Below, piece after piece: positions 47,153-57,618 of a DNA stretch of 64,000 nucleotides (positions are counted from its first letter, which is position 1; each line of letters opens with the position of its first letter). The DNA is taken from positions 21,828 to 85,827 of the IMG/VR virus record IMGVR_UViG_3300027971_000039; one strand, given 5' to 3'. The notes beneath the pieces were generated by a model, which did no database searches, was not told where the DNA came from, and saw nothing but the letters and a program-made list of their open reading frames with translations. Position numbers and translations under genes: made by a program. The stretch is from a virus.

Positions 47153-50140
47153 TTAGCTAACTTGGCAATCTTCGCTCTCAATTTCAACAGGGAGAGCTTG
47201 TCCTGAGTTCTTACCTTTAAGGTCAACGGCGCGAGCCTTTTTAACCGTAATTTCAGAAGTTTTTGCAGCAACGCGAAGACCAACGGCCTTTTCTTTGCCT
47301 TCAAGAGCTTCAGCACGAACGTTTTCAACTGATACGTCGGATGACTTACCGCGAATTTCAACGCCAGCAATCATGCTACCTGATTTACTGTCTGCAACAA
47401 GAACATCTTCAATAGATCCATCGGTACATCCGTTAATGGAAACACCGCGAATTTTATGAACACCTGATTCTGGTTCAGACTCTTCATTGACACCGAATGC
47501 AACTTGTTGTGCATCCGAGCCTAGAGACTTAATAGAATCTTTTGCATCAGCAGTCTGGTGATCTTTAATCACAACGCGCTCAACGCTGAATCCAGCGGCA
47601 CTGTCAATACGAACACCGAAAGAACCTTTATGAACGTGATGTTGTCCATCGAGGTTACGAACGAGTTTGTAGGTGACTGGACCACTTCCTGAACCGAATC
47701 CGAGTAGAGAAGCGCACTGTTCATAAGTAACAGGAGTTTCGCTGTCGGCAGTTACAAGAGCTAAAGTTTCAGAGTTAACAAGTTTTAGCTTGAAGAGACT
47801 GTCGCTTAGATCTGGCAATAGAGCTGCTGAGTAAGCAACGGTTTGACGACGATCAGTTCTAGCTGCTGCTTGTTCAAGAATTTTATCTTTGTCGATAGAC
47901 AAAGATCCATCTGCTTTTTCAAGCCAAGGATAAATTTCACCATAGCCATAATAAGTGCCGTCATCTTGGAAAATATCTCCCTGATAACCACCTTTTAGAC
48001 CAACGTGGTTAGCAGTAAGAGCACCAAGAGCACTCATCATTGATTTACGAAGTGCAAGAACACCGATATCAATGTTTGAATTATCAACGCCACCTAGCTG
48101 TGCTTGTGGAATCGCTCCGGTGAAGTACTTTTTAAGTAATTGCGCTGCTTCAACTGCGGCAAGACCAGCTTCAACAACATCGTTTCCTTTGTACAATCCG
48201 CTTGCTTTTTTAGCGGTCCATGCAGAAGAACCACCAGCTGCAACATAGTTAGCTACAGCTTTAGCTGCTGTATCAAATGAGTCTACTGGTTTTGCTTCGG
48301 CAGCATATGCTTTTGCAACAGATTCAATCGCTTCTTTTGAAAGAAGGAGTGTTGCTGGTGCCATAGAAGCTGCATCAGATTGAGCATTAGTGTATCCAAA
48401 TGGACGCAATCCGTTTCCATTAAAGGTTTTGTTAAATCCCTTTCCTGGGGCAGCAATTGCAATTGTTTCCATTGGAGCAAGATGCATTCCACTGAAAGTA
48501 CAATCAAGAATATAAATATCTTGAACAGTACCGCCGCGAGAAGACGCTAGAGGACCAACGCCTTCGGAACTAGACCCAACACGGAAACCATAAGAAACAG
48601 AGTCAGGATAACGGAATCCATCTGATGTTCTTGGGTTTTGTGCAATAAGGTTAGTAGAACGTGGAATCTGTGCAACACTTGTCATTTGCTGTAAACCGTT
48701 CATAGCAAGACCAGCGCGATTAGCTCCAGCAACGTTTAATGCATTGTGGCCAGTGTTAACTTGAATGTAAGTGTCATCGGCAGATTTCATTGATTTGCGA
48801 TGAGCAGCTTGCATTGCGAGAAGGGCTTTACGAACACCAGCTGCTTGAGCAGAAGGAACACCTGCTGTAACAAGTTCAGCTTCTGATTTAATTACAGGAT
48901 AACGTGTTGTTTTCCCGTTTCCGAAAGTATCGGTTGCACCGCTCGCGATTGAATCCCACTTCATCCAAGGACAAGCTAATGCCCCAGAGGTTGCCCAAGT
49001 TGAAGGACGTTCAAAATAACCAAGCATAATTTCTACGTTAGCTAACTGTGCATAGTGAGAAAGCGCCATAGAGCTGTTTGAAACTGCTTTATTGAGCATT
49101 TCTTGATGAACATCTTTAAAAACAATCTGTGAAGAATCGTTAAAAATTGCTGTTCCGAAATATGAACCTTGGTTAACAGTTGAAGCGTTTCCTGAAGAAA
49201 TACCTTCAACTAAGAGCCCTTTTACAAAATGGCCGCGAATAGCAAAGTGGTTGTTACGAGCGAGTCGTCCAACACCAGTTGAGCTATAGATGTGAGCATT
49301 TTGAGCACCTTTTGATGAAAGACCAGCAAAGTGACCATCTGATAAGTCAATGATTGAGCTAAAAGCGGCAACTCGATTTGGACGCTCGTGCGCACCAATA
49401 CTAAAACCAGCTAAATCAATAACTTGATCCTTACCCCACATACGAATCTCAGAGTTTACCCCAAGAAGCATGATTGGTTGTCTAGATGCATCGGTAGTAG
49501 ACCAAAGAGACACTGGATCTTTAAGATACTCAACATCACCGCGATAGTTAACGGGTTTTGCAAATCCACGGTGAGAAAGTGACTCTTGTTCAACTGTACC
49601 AGGGAGTGCGTGAACTAATCCTGTATTTTGAACGCCGTTTAAAGTGCTGTTTGCCGCTTGAAAGCCAGGGAAAATAGCGTTACGAATAGCGTTAACAATA
49701 TCGCCCATTAGTTTTAATTGACAAGGAACTTCACCAAGAATAACAGTTCCCCAACGAAGTGCAGCATCGTCAGCGAATAGTAGAACTGTTTTTCCAGAAG
49801 CACGCTTTTTAAGCGCATCCATCATTGTTCCAGAAGGAATTCCGTCTGCGATGTTGGCTGCTTTAATAGAAGCAAGGTCAAGAACAACGCGAGTACCAAT
49901 AACAGTACCATCTTCGCGATGATCGGGAACGCGAGTTTCGCGACGACCATTGTTAGCAACAAGTGCTCCACCAACAGCAGCTGGTGCTGTTGATGAACCT
50001 GGCGCTCCACCAACAGGAATCAACCCAATTGCTTCGTCGAAACGAATTGTGCCACCTGCTTCATATTTTTTTACAAGACGCTCGCGCTCTGCTTTTAGTT
50101 TTTGATAGAGTGCTTCGCCTTTTAATTTTGATTTACTCAT
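47153..50140 (-). CDS. large protein with discontinuous beta-helix, function unknown
   Basis: 995 aa; C-terminal IRGVSINGCTDGSIEDV/IAGVEIRGKSSDVSVENV rungs. Confidence 0.65.
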   Translation of the reverse strand: MSKSKLKGEALYQKLKAERERLVKKYEAGGTIRFDEAIGLIPVGGAPGSSTAPAAVGGALVANNGRRETRVPDHREDGTVIGTRVVLDLASIKAANIADGIPSGTMMDALKKRASGKTVLLFADDAALRWGTVILGEVPCQLKLMGDIVNAIRNAIFPGFQAANSTLNGVQNTGLVHALPGTVEQESLSHRGFAKPVNYRGDVEYLKDPVSLWSTTDASRQPIMLLGVNSEIRMWGKDQVIDLAGFSIGAHERPNRVAAFSSIIDLSDGHFAGLSSKGAQNAHIYSSTGVGRLARNNHFAIRGHFVKGLLVEGISSGNASTVNQGSYFGTAIFNDSSQIVFKDVHQEMLNKAVSNSSMALSHYAQLANVEIMLGYFERPSTWATSGALACPWMKWDSIASGATDTFGNGKTTRYPVIKSEAELVTAGVPSAQAAGVRKALLAMQAAHRKSMKSADDTYIQVNTGHNALNVAGANRAGLAMNGLQQMTSVAQIPRSTNLIAQNPRTSDGFRYPDSVSYGFRVGSSSEGVGPLASSRGGTVQDIYILDCTFSGMHLAPMETIAIAAPGKGFNKTFNGNGLRPFGYTNAQSDAASMAPATLLLSKEAIESVAKAYAAEAKPVDSFDTAAKAVANYVAAGGSSAWTAKKASGLYKGNDVVEAGLAAVEAAQLLKKYFTGAIPQAQLGGVDNSNIDIGVLALRKSMMSALGALTANHVGLKGGYQGDIFQDDGTYYGYGEIYPWLEKADGSLSIDKDKILEQAAARTDRRQTVAYSAALLPDLSDSLFKLKLVNSETLALVTADSETPVTYEQCASLLGFGSGSGPVTYKLVRNLDGQHHVHKGSFGVRIDSAAGFSVERVVIKDHQTADAKDSIKSLGSDAQQVAFGVNEESEPESGVHKIRGVSINGCTDGSIEDVLVADSKSGSMIAGVEIRGKSSDVSVENVRAEALEGKEKAVGLRVAAKTSEITVKKARAVDLKGKNSGQALPVEIESEDCQVS

Positions 50141-50173
50141 AGTATACCTTTCGATAGTTTATTTTATTATAAT

Positions 50174-50220
50174 AAAAAATGGAGATGTGTGGCTAATGTT
50201 ATTAAACACACACCCCCATT
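50174..50220 (-). terminator. long hairpin with T-tract
   Basis: AATGGGGGTGTGTG...CACACATCTCCATT then TTTT. Confidence 0.6.
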
Positions 50221-50236
50221 ACAAAGTTGTTAATTC

Positions 50237-52903
50237 TTACGAACGAACATCTTTTAAATACCTTACACGTAGTTTGTCACCAAGTGCAAGTGCTTCTGCT
50301 TCTCCTTGTAACATAGAGCCAGCAAAAGTTAATCTTGTTTTTCCGTTCATGACAGAAACTTCATAATCTTCACCTTCAAGCATCATTAAACGATCAATTG
50401 AGAAAACAATTGACATTGAGAATGCTTTATGGCTAAGTTCAATGTAGTTATTTGCAATAGTTTGTGAAGAAACCATGAAGGAATCAACAGCAAAACGACC
50501 ACCGAAATCATCAGCAAGACTTTCTGCGTATTGTTTTGCTTCCTGTTTAGCAGCAGCAATATAACCAGTGACAGAAGTAGCAAAATTTTCATCATTACCA
50601 AGAGCTTCTGCTAACTCACGAAGAGTATCGAGCATCTCTGGCGCAGAATCAATAACCGCTGCTACTTTTTGATTGGTGTATTCTTTAGATTCAAAAAGAA
50701 CGCGACTGTCTTCAGAAGCACGTAATGCTTCTTCTGCATCAATTTCATATTGAAGTTGAGCTTCACGAGCCATCGCACGAGTTTCTTCTGCAAGAACTTC
50801 AGCGTCGGTGTATACTTTAGATTCAGAAAGAACACGAATATCTTCGCTTGCACGAAGTAGTTCTTCAGCATCAATTTCAGATTGAAGTAAAGCTTCAACA
50901 CCCATTGCTCGTGTTTTTTCAGCATCGGTATAAGTTTTAGCTTCACCAAGAACACGAATATCTTCAGAAGCACGAAGTGTTGCTTCTGCTGAATCAGCGG
51001 CAATACGTGCAGCGGTTTCAGCAGCTTCAGCTGCCATTGCGCGAGTTTTTTCAGCATCAGTGTATGCTTTAGCTTCACCAAGAACTCTTACATCTTCGCT
51101 TGCACGAAGAGCCGCTTCAGCAGCTTCAGCTGCCATCGCACGAGTTTCTTCTGCGTTAACATCAGAAATACGATCTACAATTTCTTGATCTAAGTCAAAT
51201 CGTAATTCTTGTGCATAACCATCTAAATCGTCAAGATCTAGTCTGATTGCAGCATCAGCAGCAGCAAATTCAGAACGAATTGCAGCTTCTTGTGCCATTG
51301 CACGAGCTTTTTCGACATCAGTGTATGCTTTAGCTTCACCAAGAACTCTTACATCTTCAGAAGCACGGAGGAGTTCTTCGGCATCAATTTCAGATTGAAG
51401 CTGGGCTTCACGAGCCATTGCACGAACTTCTTCAGCATCAATTTCGGATTGAAGTTGAGCTTCACGAGCCATCGCACGTGATTCTTCAGCATCAATGTCT
51501 GACTGAAGTCCAGCTTCAGCTGCCATTGCACGAGCTTTTTCAGCGTCGGTGTATGCCATTGCATCAGATTCAGCTTTAGCAATTGACCCTTCACCAGTTC
51601 CTTCTATAACATCTAAACGAGTTTCATGATCGTATAGTTGTGATAAAATTTGTGAGGTTGCAGTTTGATCTGAAGCAATATACTCAGCAATTTCACGAAG
51701 AGTATTATACGCTTCGGGAGCGGCATCAATAACAGACGCAATGCTCATGTCTGTGTATGCTTTAGATTCACTTAATACACGGGCATCTTCAGATTCACGA
51801 GTTAAAGCTTCAGCAGCTTCAGCAGCCATTGCACGAACTTTTTCTTCGTCAGTATATGCTTTAGCTTCACCGAGAACCCGAATGTCTTCAGAAGCACGTA
51901 ATTCTTCTTCTGCATCAATTTCAGATTGAAGTGCTTCTTCTGCAAGCTGTGCTCGGGATTCCTCTGTCCAAATTTGTTCTTGAAGATATTGCTCGGCTGC
52001 CATTGCACGAACTTTTTCTTCGTCAGTATACAATTTAGCTTCACTTAATACACGAATATCTTCAGAAGCGCGAGTTGTAATTTCTTGCTCTATATCAAAA
52101 TGTAATTCGTCAAGACCTAGTCTGATTTCAGCATCAGCAGCTGCAAATTCAGAACGAATTGCCGCTTCTTGCACCATTGCACGATATTCTTCATTAAGAA
52201 CTATTTGATTGGTGTAAGTTTTAGATTCAGATAATACACGAACGTCTTCAGACGCACGAAGTTCTGCTTCAGCAGCTTCAGCTGCCATTGCGCGAGTTTT
52301 TTCTGCGTCAGTATATAATTTAGACTCAGAAAGAACGCGAGCATCTTCAGAAGTTCGAGTTGCAATTTCAGAATCTAGATCATCACGAAGCAATTGATCA
52401 GCAGCTTCTCTAGCTGTTTTTTCAACTAAATCAGCAGCAGCAAAGTCATAACGAATGTCGGCATCTTCCGCAGAACGGATTGCTGCTTCTTCTGAAACTT
52501 TTTCGTCTGTATAATCTTTAGATTCTAGTAAAACCAAAGCATCAGCAGCTGCAAATTCTCCACGAATTGCAGAGTCTGCATCTTCACGAGCAGCTTGTTC
52601 AGCGGCATCAGCGGCTGCACGAGCAAGAGCTTCTGCTGCATCAGCAGCTGCACGAGCAAGAGCTTCTGCTGCATCACCAGCATCAACATAAGATTTTCTT
52701 GCCAATTCATTTGCATGAGTTGGGTCATAAGAAACTCTTGGCATCTCTAGAAGTTGGAATTTATTATCAGAATCTAGTTTAAATAAAGCAGCTTCAGAAC
52801 CATCTACTTTAAGTGCTTTAAATGAATCTTCATTTAAAAATAAGACTTTAGAACCATCTACGCTCTGCGAACGTAAAAACTTCTTTTTGATTTGAATACT
52901 CAT
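50237..52903 (-). CDS. long coiled-coil repeat fibre protein
   Basis: Many RASEDxRVLxE(A/S)KxYTDxEKxRAMAxEA units; two IDxAPExxxTLRE(I/L)A fibre motifs; probable start MSIQIK with GGAG RBS. Confidence 0.75.
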   Translation of the reverse strand: MSIQIKKKFLRSQSVDGSKVLFLNEDSFKALKVDGSEAALFKLDSDNKFQLLEMPRVSYDPTHANELARKSYVDAGDAAEALARAAADAAEALARAAADAAEQAAREDADSAIRGEFAAADALVLLESKDYTDEKVSEEAAIRSAEDADIRYDFAAADLVEKTAREAADQLLRDDLDSEIATRTSEDARVLSESKLYTDAEKTRAMAAEAAEAELRASEDVRVLSESKTYTNQIVLNEEYRAMVQEAAIRSEFAAADAEIRLGLDELHFDIEQEITTRASEDIRVLSEAKLYTDEEKVRAMAAEQYLQEQIWTEESRAQLAEEALQSEIDAEEELRASEDIRVLGEAKAYTDEEKVRAMAAEAAEALTRESEDARVLSESKAYTDMSIASVIDAAPEAYNTLREIAEYIASDQTATSQILSQLYDHETRLDVIEGTGEGSIAKAESDAMAYTDAEKARAMAAEAGLQSDIDAEESRAMAREAQLQSEIDAEEVRAMAREAQLQSEIDAEELLRASEDVRVLGEAKAYTDVEKARAMAQEAAIRSEFAAADAAIRLDLDDLDGYAQELRFDLDQEIVDRISDVNAEETRAMAAEAAEAALRASEDVRVLGEAKAYTDAEKTRAMAAEAAETAARIAADSAEATLRASEDIRVLGEAKTYTDAEKTRAMGVEALLQSEIDAEELLRASEDIRVLSESKVYTDAEVLAEETRAMAREAQLQYEIDAEEALRASEDSRVLFESKEYTNQKVAAVIDSAPEMLDTLRELAEALGNDENFATSVTGYIAAAKQEAKQYAESLADDFGGRFAVDSFMVSSQTIANNYIELSHKAFSMSIVFSIDRLMMLEGEDYEVSVMNGKTRLTFAGSMLQGEAEALALGDKLRVRYLKDVRS

Positions 52904-52980
52904 ATTTTCTCCTTTTATGAGCTTTAAATACACCACTCCCTTGAATAGAAACATCCAAAGGAGAAATATATATTATTTGA

Positions 52981-53424
52981 TTAATTGTGGTCGTATATAA
53001 TGCGTATTTTATCGTCTATTCCAGCAACATAATCATAATCAAAGCCATCCCACTTTAATTCGTTGCCTTCTACAATAAAATCAACGCCAAAAAAAAGGGC
53101 ACCACCACCCTCTTTAATATCTACCTGCACAAATTGGGGGTTGATTGGGGTTTTGTCAAGAACTATTTTTTTAGCCATTAATTCCGCCGAAGTTACAATA
53201 ACATATTGAATTCTTCGAGCGTTATTTTTTAATAAATATTGTGGATGGGGGTTTGCTGTTGTCATGTGCTCTAGTAACACAACTTCACTATTTGAAAGGA
53301 GTGTTTCTAAACCAGCATCGTTTTTAGAATAAACAAGTCCATCTGCTTTTGCATAAATTGTAACTTTATTTGTAAGAGGTGTTTCTGGAACTGCTGTTGT
53401 TTTTTGTAAAATAATTTGGCTCAT
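52981..53424 (-). CDS. virion structural protein
   Basis: HMTTANPHPQY fibre motif; C-domain resembles that of the coiled-coil fibre. Confidence 0.6.
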   Translation of the reverse strand: MSQIILQKTTAVPETPLTNKVTIYAKADGLVYSKNDAGLETLLSNSEVVLLEHMTTANPHPQYLLKNNARRIQYVIVTSAELMAKKIVLDKTPINPQFVQVDIKEGGGALFFGVDFIVEGNELKWDGFDYDYVAGIDDKIRIIYDHN

Positions 53425-53630
53425 TATATAACCTCTACAATTCCATTAATGCCAACTTCAACATTACCCGTTTCATTCATGTCAATATAACCATTCACTG
53501 TAACGGTTCCAACATTTAATGTGATTTTAGTTGTTAAAATAAATTCATCAAAATTTGCAGTAACGGGTGGAAGCGGTTGTTCTCTAAATGTTAATTCTGT
53601 TGTTGCTGGGTCGTATTGTAATAATAACAT
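53424..53630 (-). CDS. small hypothetical protein
   Basis: 68 aa, coupled stop/start. Confidence 0.55.
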   Translation of the reverse strand: MLLLQYDPATTELTFREQPLPPVTANFDEFILTTKITLNVGTVTVNGYIDMNETGNVEVGINGIVEVI

Positions 53631-53631
53631 A

Positions 53632-54015
53632 TTAAGTAACCGTTAAACTGGCAATTTCTCTTTTTGTACCATCGACATATGTTACTGTAACAACTGCAAC
53701 AATTTCACCAGCCGACCCACCTCTTTTATATGTATATGTGGATGTAGTTGATGTGTGTATCCCATTAAAATAATCAAAGGATTCTTTAACTAAGCCATTG
53801 CTAACTTTTAAAGAATTATCAACTGCTACATCAGCAAAACGTGTACCATTTCCTATTTTAACAGAATCGGTTTGATGATCAACAGCAACTTCAACTGAAC
53901 CAACAACAACTGTTGCCTCTGTTGTGGTCCGCAAAGCTCCTGTTGTATCATCGAATGCATGTTGTAATACTTGAGCGGAGTCTAATCTAGAAGGAGATGG
54001 TTTGTTACTTGGCAT
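53632..54015 (-). CDS. virion protein with LDxxQ N-terminal motif
   Basis: SRLDSAQVLQHAFDD...TYTYKRGG. Confidence 0.6.
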   Translation of the reverse strand: MPSNKPSPSRLDSAQVLQHAFDDTTGALRTTTEATVVVGSVEVAVDHQTDSVKIGNGTRFADVAVDNSLKVSNGLVKESFDYFNGIHTSTTSTYTYKRGGSAGEIVAVVTVTYVDGTKREIASLTVT

Positions 54016-54032
54016 AATCTACCATTGAATTA

Positions 54033-56099
54033 TTATTGTAACATTTGGTCTGCTGTAACCGGCATATTCTCAAATGGAGGGGGCGGAGATGGCACACCTG
54101 GAACTTGTAATTGTTGGCCGGTTGCGGCTTGCACAGTTTCACCAGCTTGAACATTACCACCTTGTGTTTGCATCATTTGTTGCATTTGTGAATTTTGAAT
54201 TGATTGATTTGATGGCATTTCTTGTCCAGCTAATGGTCCTTGTTGCATACCAATAGGAGGAAGGGGTTGCTCTCCAACAAGTTGTAATAATGCTGGATCT
54301 GTTTCTCTTAATGAATTTAAATGTTTTTCAATGTGTTCTAAAACAAGACGAACAAGATCCGGGTCGCGGCGTAGATCTGGATCGGAAAGAACCGCTTTGT
54401 GTTCGTTAATATGAAGACGATGTTTGTCTAAAGGAGAAACCAAAACTTCTCTTCCTTCTAACATCTGCTCGTTTTCTGATTTAATTAAAAGCAATTCATT
54501 CATTTCACCTTCAAACATAGTTTCAATCTTACCTGTGTTAATTACTTGAAAATATTGTTCGGGTGATTTAATAAGATTCATTTGTAGCATTTGTTCAGCC
54601 ATTTGAACTCGACCGGCAGTTGTTCGAGAAAGAGGGTTACCAACATCAACAACAACGCGATTAATTGCGGAAATTTGTTCGCCTGTAAATTCTTTTAAAA
54701 GTGGGCGGTTGTTTTTACCAACCAAAGCAATAACTTTAGGAGTCGTTGCAAAGTCTTTTAAAATTTGAATGATTGCAGTTCCAACATCCTCAATAAGTTT
54801 TACATAACTTTGTTGAAGACCTGAAATATATTGCAATGACATTGATTGAACAAGTGCAAGTGCTGTACCCGATTTAAGAGAAGCTTCAGGATTTCCACGA
54901 GTTACACTATTAACACCCGAAATAGTTTCAGCTGACTGAATTAACATATTTAAAAAGTTAAATACTTCTGGTGGAGTTGATGTTAATTGAAGCGGTTCAG
55001 GACGAGCGTTACCTTCAATAATGTTCATCGCACCATCTAATGTATTAACTGCAATATCAGCACCGCGAGGAACGAATAAATTTTGAACACCAAAGGCGTT
55101 TTGGTTGGTCATAATTGTGCTGTAAAGCGAGTTAATACCTTCTTGAATAGGAAAGATATCAAACATCGGAGTATAACCGTATGGTGTGCCCATAATCTCA
55201 CGAGGAGTAATACGGAAAACAGGTAGAACACGGTACGGCATTTTTGTGTCTAATAAAACAATCTCCGAATCAACGAAAAGCATGTACCGACCGTCTGGCA
55301 TTGCTTCTGTTCGCTTATGATAAAATTCATATACCGGAATATCGTCGGTTTCATCGTTGCTAAATACAGCCAAACGATACACTGCGCTTTGGTTTTTAGG
55401 TTTTACACCAAGAAGTTTTTCTTTTAACTCGGGATATTTTGCGATTAAATTATAACGATTTTGAAATGAACGAGTTAAAATCCACTCGTTGTTCCAAGTC
55501 TCTTTTGTGCCGTCTACAACAACATCAAAAGGAGAAAGATTAGTGAATTCAAGCTCACCCTCATACACCATTTCACCAGTCTCAGGATCTGCGTCATATG
55601 CTTCGCCCGCAGTCGCGTTCCAATCTAGTTTAACATATCCAGAACCAAGAACAATTGCCATTTCGGTTGCTTTTTTAAGACAATCCTCAAGGTGTTTTTC
55701 ACGCATATAATAATCTAAAACACCATTAGCTACATAAGTTTGTGCTAATGACTTATAATCCGTGTTTACAGCTCTAGCTTCCATCATAGGACGGTTGGCT
55801 GTAATCATTGTAAAAATGTGTTGAGCGATGTTTGCAAAATGGTTAACCGGTAACATGGTAAGTTCACCCTGTTCACCAGAAAATTCAACTCTATGGCCAT
55901 ATCCAAGGTCATTAGAATAAGCCCCGTGGTAGGCCCGCCACATTCTAGACATTTTCTCCAAGTAAGCGTTGGCTCTTAGAAGGTTAAAAAAGCTATCACC
56001 TTTAGCTAAAAGGATTCCCGCGCAGTCCTCTGCTTTTTTTTGAGCAAAGTAAACTTCGTCTTGTTGTTTTTGATCCATTTTAGTAAAAGGAGTATCCAT
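54033..56099 (-). CDS. portal protein (P22-like)
   Basis: 688 aa after terminase; AIVLGSGYVKLDWN, ISGVNSVTRG...SGTAL, Gln/Pro-rich tail. Confidence 0.85.
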   Translation of the reverse strand: MDTPFTKMDQKQQDEVYFAQKKAEDCAGILLAKGDSFFNLLRANAYLEKMSRMWRAYHGAYSNDLGYGHRVEFSGEQGELTMLPVNHFANIAQHIFTMITANRPMMEARAVNTDYKSLAQTYVANGVLDYYMREKHLEDCLKKATEMAIVLGSGYVKLDWNATAGEAYDADPETGEMVYEGELEFTNLSPFDVVVDGTKETWNNEWILTRSFQNRYNLIAKYPELKEKLLGVKPKNQSAVYRLAVFSNDETDDIPVYEFYHKRTEAMPDGRYMLFVDSEIVLLDTKMPYRVLPVFRITPREIMGTPYGYTPMFDIFPIQEGINSLYSTIMTNQNAFGVQNLFVPRGADIAVNTLDGAMNIIEGNARPEPLQLTSTPPEVFNFLNMLIQSAETISGVNSVTRGNPEASLKSGTALALVQSMSLQYISGLQQSYVKLIEDVGTAIIQILKDFATTPKVIALVGKNNRPLLKEFTGEQISAINRVVVDVGNPLSRTTAGRVQMAEQMLQMNLIKSPEQYFQVINTGKIETMFEGEMNELLLIKSENEQMLEGREVLVSPLDKHRLHINEHKAVLSDPDLRRDPDLVRLVLEHIEKHLNSLRETDPALLQLVGEQPLPPIGMQQGPLAGQEMPSNQSIQNSQMQQMMQTQGGNVQAGETVQAATGQQLQVPGVPSPPPPFENMPVTADQMLQ

Positions 56100-56157
56100 T
56101 TATTCACCCACAAATAACCATAATTGCATTAGTTAAGTTTCTATACAAGTATAGTTG

Positions 56158-57618
56158 TTATTTTTTCTTTACGTTAAAAATAGCTCGATAAACATCGTTT
56201 GCTTGTTGGCCGTAAAAATTTTTAGGGTTATTAACATATAAATCTTTTAAATCATAATTATAATGAGCGGGATATGGATTTTTATTATAACTTACAGATC
56301 TTACAAGATATTTAGCGGCATCTACAGTATCATAATGACCATTATCAGGCGAACGAGCAAAAGTTGTTTTGGTTTCTACATTTTTCCATTTACAATTTCT
56401 TAGATGACGAATAAGGGTCTTACATTTTGGGTTTATTATAATTTTTTTAGTGGCAAGCATAACCCTAAGATTATTTAATGCAGATTCATTGTCATCTTTT
56501 TTAGCCGGAACAAACGTTAATTTATTATTAGATATACGAGTAATTTCTTGTGTAACAATATAATTAATGTCACTAACACGAGTGTGTGGAATTTTAATTT
56601 CATTACTTATAGGATTAGTCCAAAGTTCAATTTCTTTTTTAAGAATTTTTTCAGTTAAATCTGGTAGTTGTAATTCTTTTCCACTTAAAACTATTTCATC
56701 TTCAAAAATTATTTTATCTGCTTTAAAATCATAATAAGCGAATAAAACAGCAGTTAAGTCTTTGTACCCAAGATCCATTGCAACATATGTATCGTAAAAT
56801 GGTGGTTTGGGCCACTCTTTAATAATTTCTTTTTCTAACTCAACCGTGAATTCTGGGAATAAAACATTTTCTTCTTCTCGAATAACTTCACAAAGATATT
56901 CACGTCTAAACTGAGGAGAGTTTTCTCCACCCATTTCTTTAATTGCACGATCAATTTGTTCTTGAGCAAGCATTGGGTTATCAAAAATTGTTTTTTTAGT
57001 AAGAGTTGAGTTTAATTCAGCTTGTTCGATAAACTCATAAAAGTCATGATCTGAGTCTGTTGGGGGTGTGGAAGCTAGGATAATTTTACCACCAGTATGC
57101 ATTAGAGTTGGTAATAAAATAGATTTAACAATGTGTTTTAAATTATCACAGAAGCCAGCCTCATCTACAAGAACAAGATCAGACTTTTGACCCCGTAGGC
57201 GTTCGTAGTGTTTGTTATCACTACCGGCTAACTGAATAGAACTTCCATTAGAAAAATGGTATGTAAATTTACTTTCAATATATGTTGGCTTTAAATGCTC
57301 GGGACAGTCTTCTAAAAGCATTTTAAAAATAGGATCAAATATGTTTTTAGCGTGAAGCTTAGTGTCAGTTAGAAGCTTTACAATGGAGTTTGATTTACGA
57401 AGACATTGCTCTAAAGCGATAAGAGCAAGAGCCACAGATTTACCACTCTGACGAGCTAATAGCCATACAAGGGTAGCATTATCATCTGCGTCATTAAAGA
57501 TTTTACGCATGTCTTTTTGAACAGCGTGACATTTCCAAGACAGTTCGCCCCGAGCCCAAAGCTCAGCAACCGCATCTTTTTTGCTTATTTTATTTTTAAG
57601 AGAATGTTCCTTGCTCAT
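56158..57618 (-). CDS. terL: terminase large subunit
   Basis: Walker A ARQSGKS, LRG, Walker B LVDEAGF, ASTP, FRREYLCE, nuclease AMDLGYKD...DTVDA. Confidence 0.92.
   Translation of the reverse strand: MSKEHSLKNKISKKDAVAELWARGELSWKCHAVQKDMRKIFNDADDNATLVWLLARQSGKSVALALIALEQCLRKSNSIVKLLTDTKLHAKNIFDPIFKMLLEDCPEHLKPTYIESKFTYHFSNGSSIQLAGSDNKHYERLRGQKSDLVLVDEAGFCDNLKHIVKSILLPTLMHTGGKIILASTPPTDSDHDFYEFIEQAELNSTLTKKTIFDNPMLAQEQIDRAIKEMGGENSPQFRREYLCEVIREEENVLFPEFTVELEKEIIKEWPKPPFYDTYVAMDLGYKDLTAVLFAYYDFKADKIIFEDEIVLSGKELQLPDLTEKILKKEIELWTNPISNEIKIPHTRVSDINYIVTQEITRISNNKLTFVPAKKDDNESALNNLRVMLATKKIIINPKCKTLIRHLRNCKWKNVETKTTFARSPDNGHYDTVDAAKYLVRSVSYNKNPYPAHYNYDLKDLYVNNPKNFYGQQANDVYRAIFNVKKK

Noticed and set aside
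50600-52700. CRISPR array or DGR repeats
   Set aside because: Repeats are in-frame coding units varying at synonymous sites; no spacers, cas genes or reverse transcriptase.
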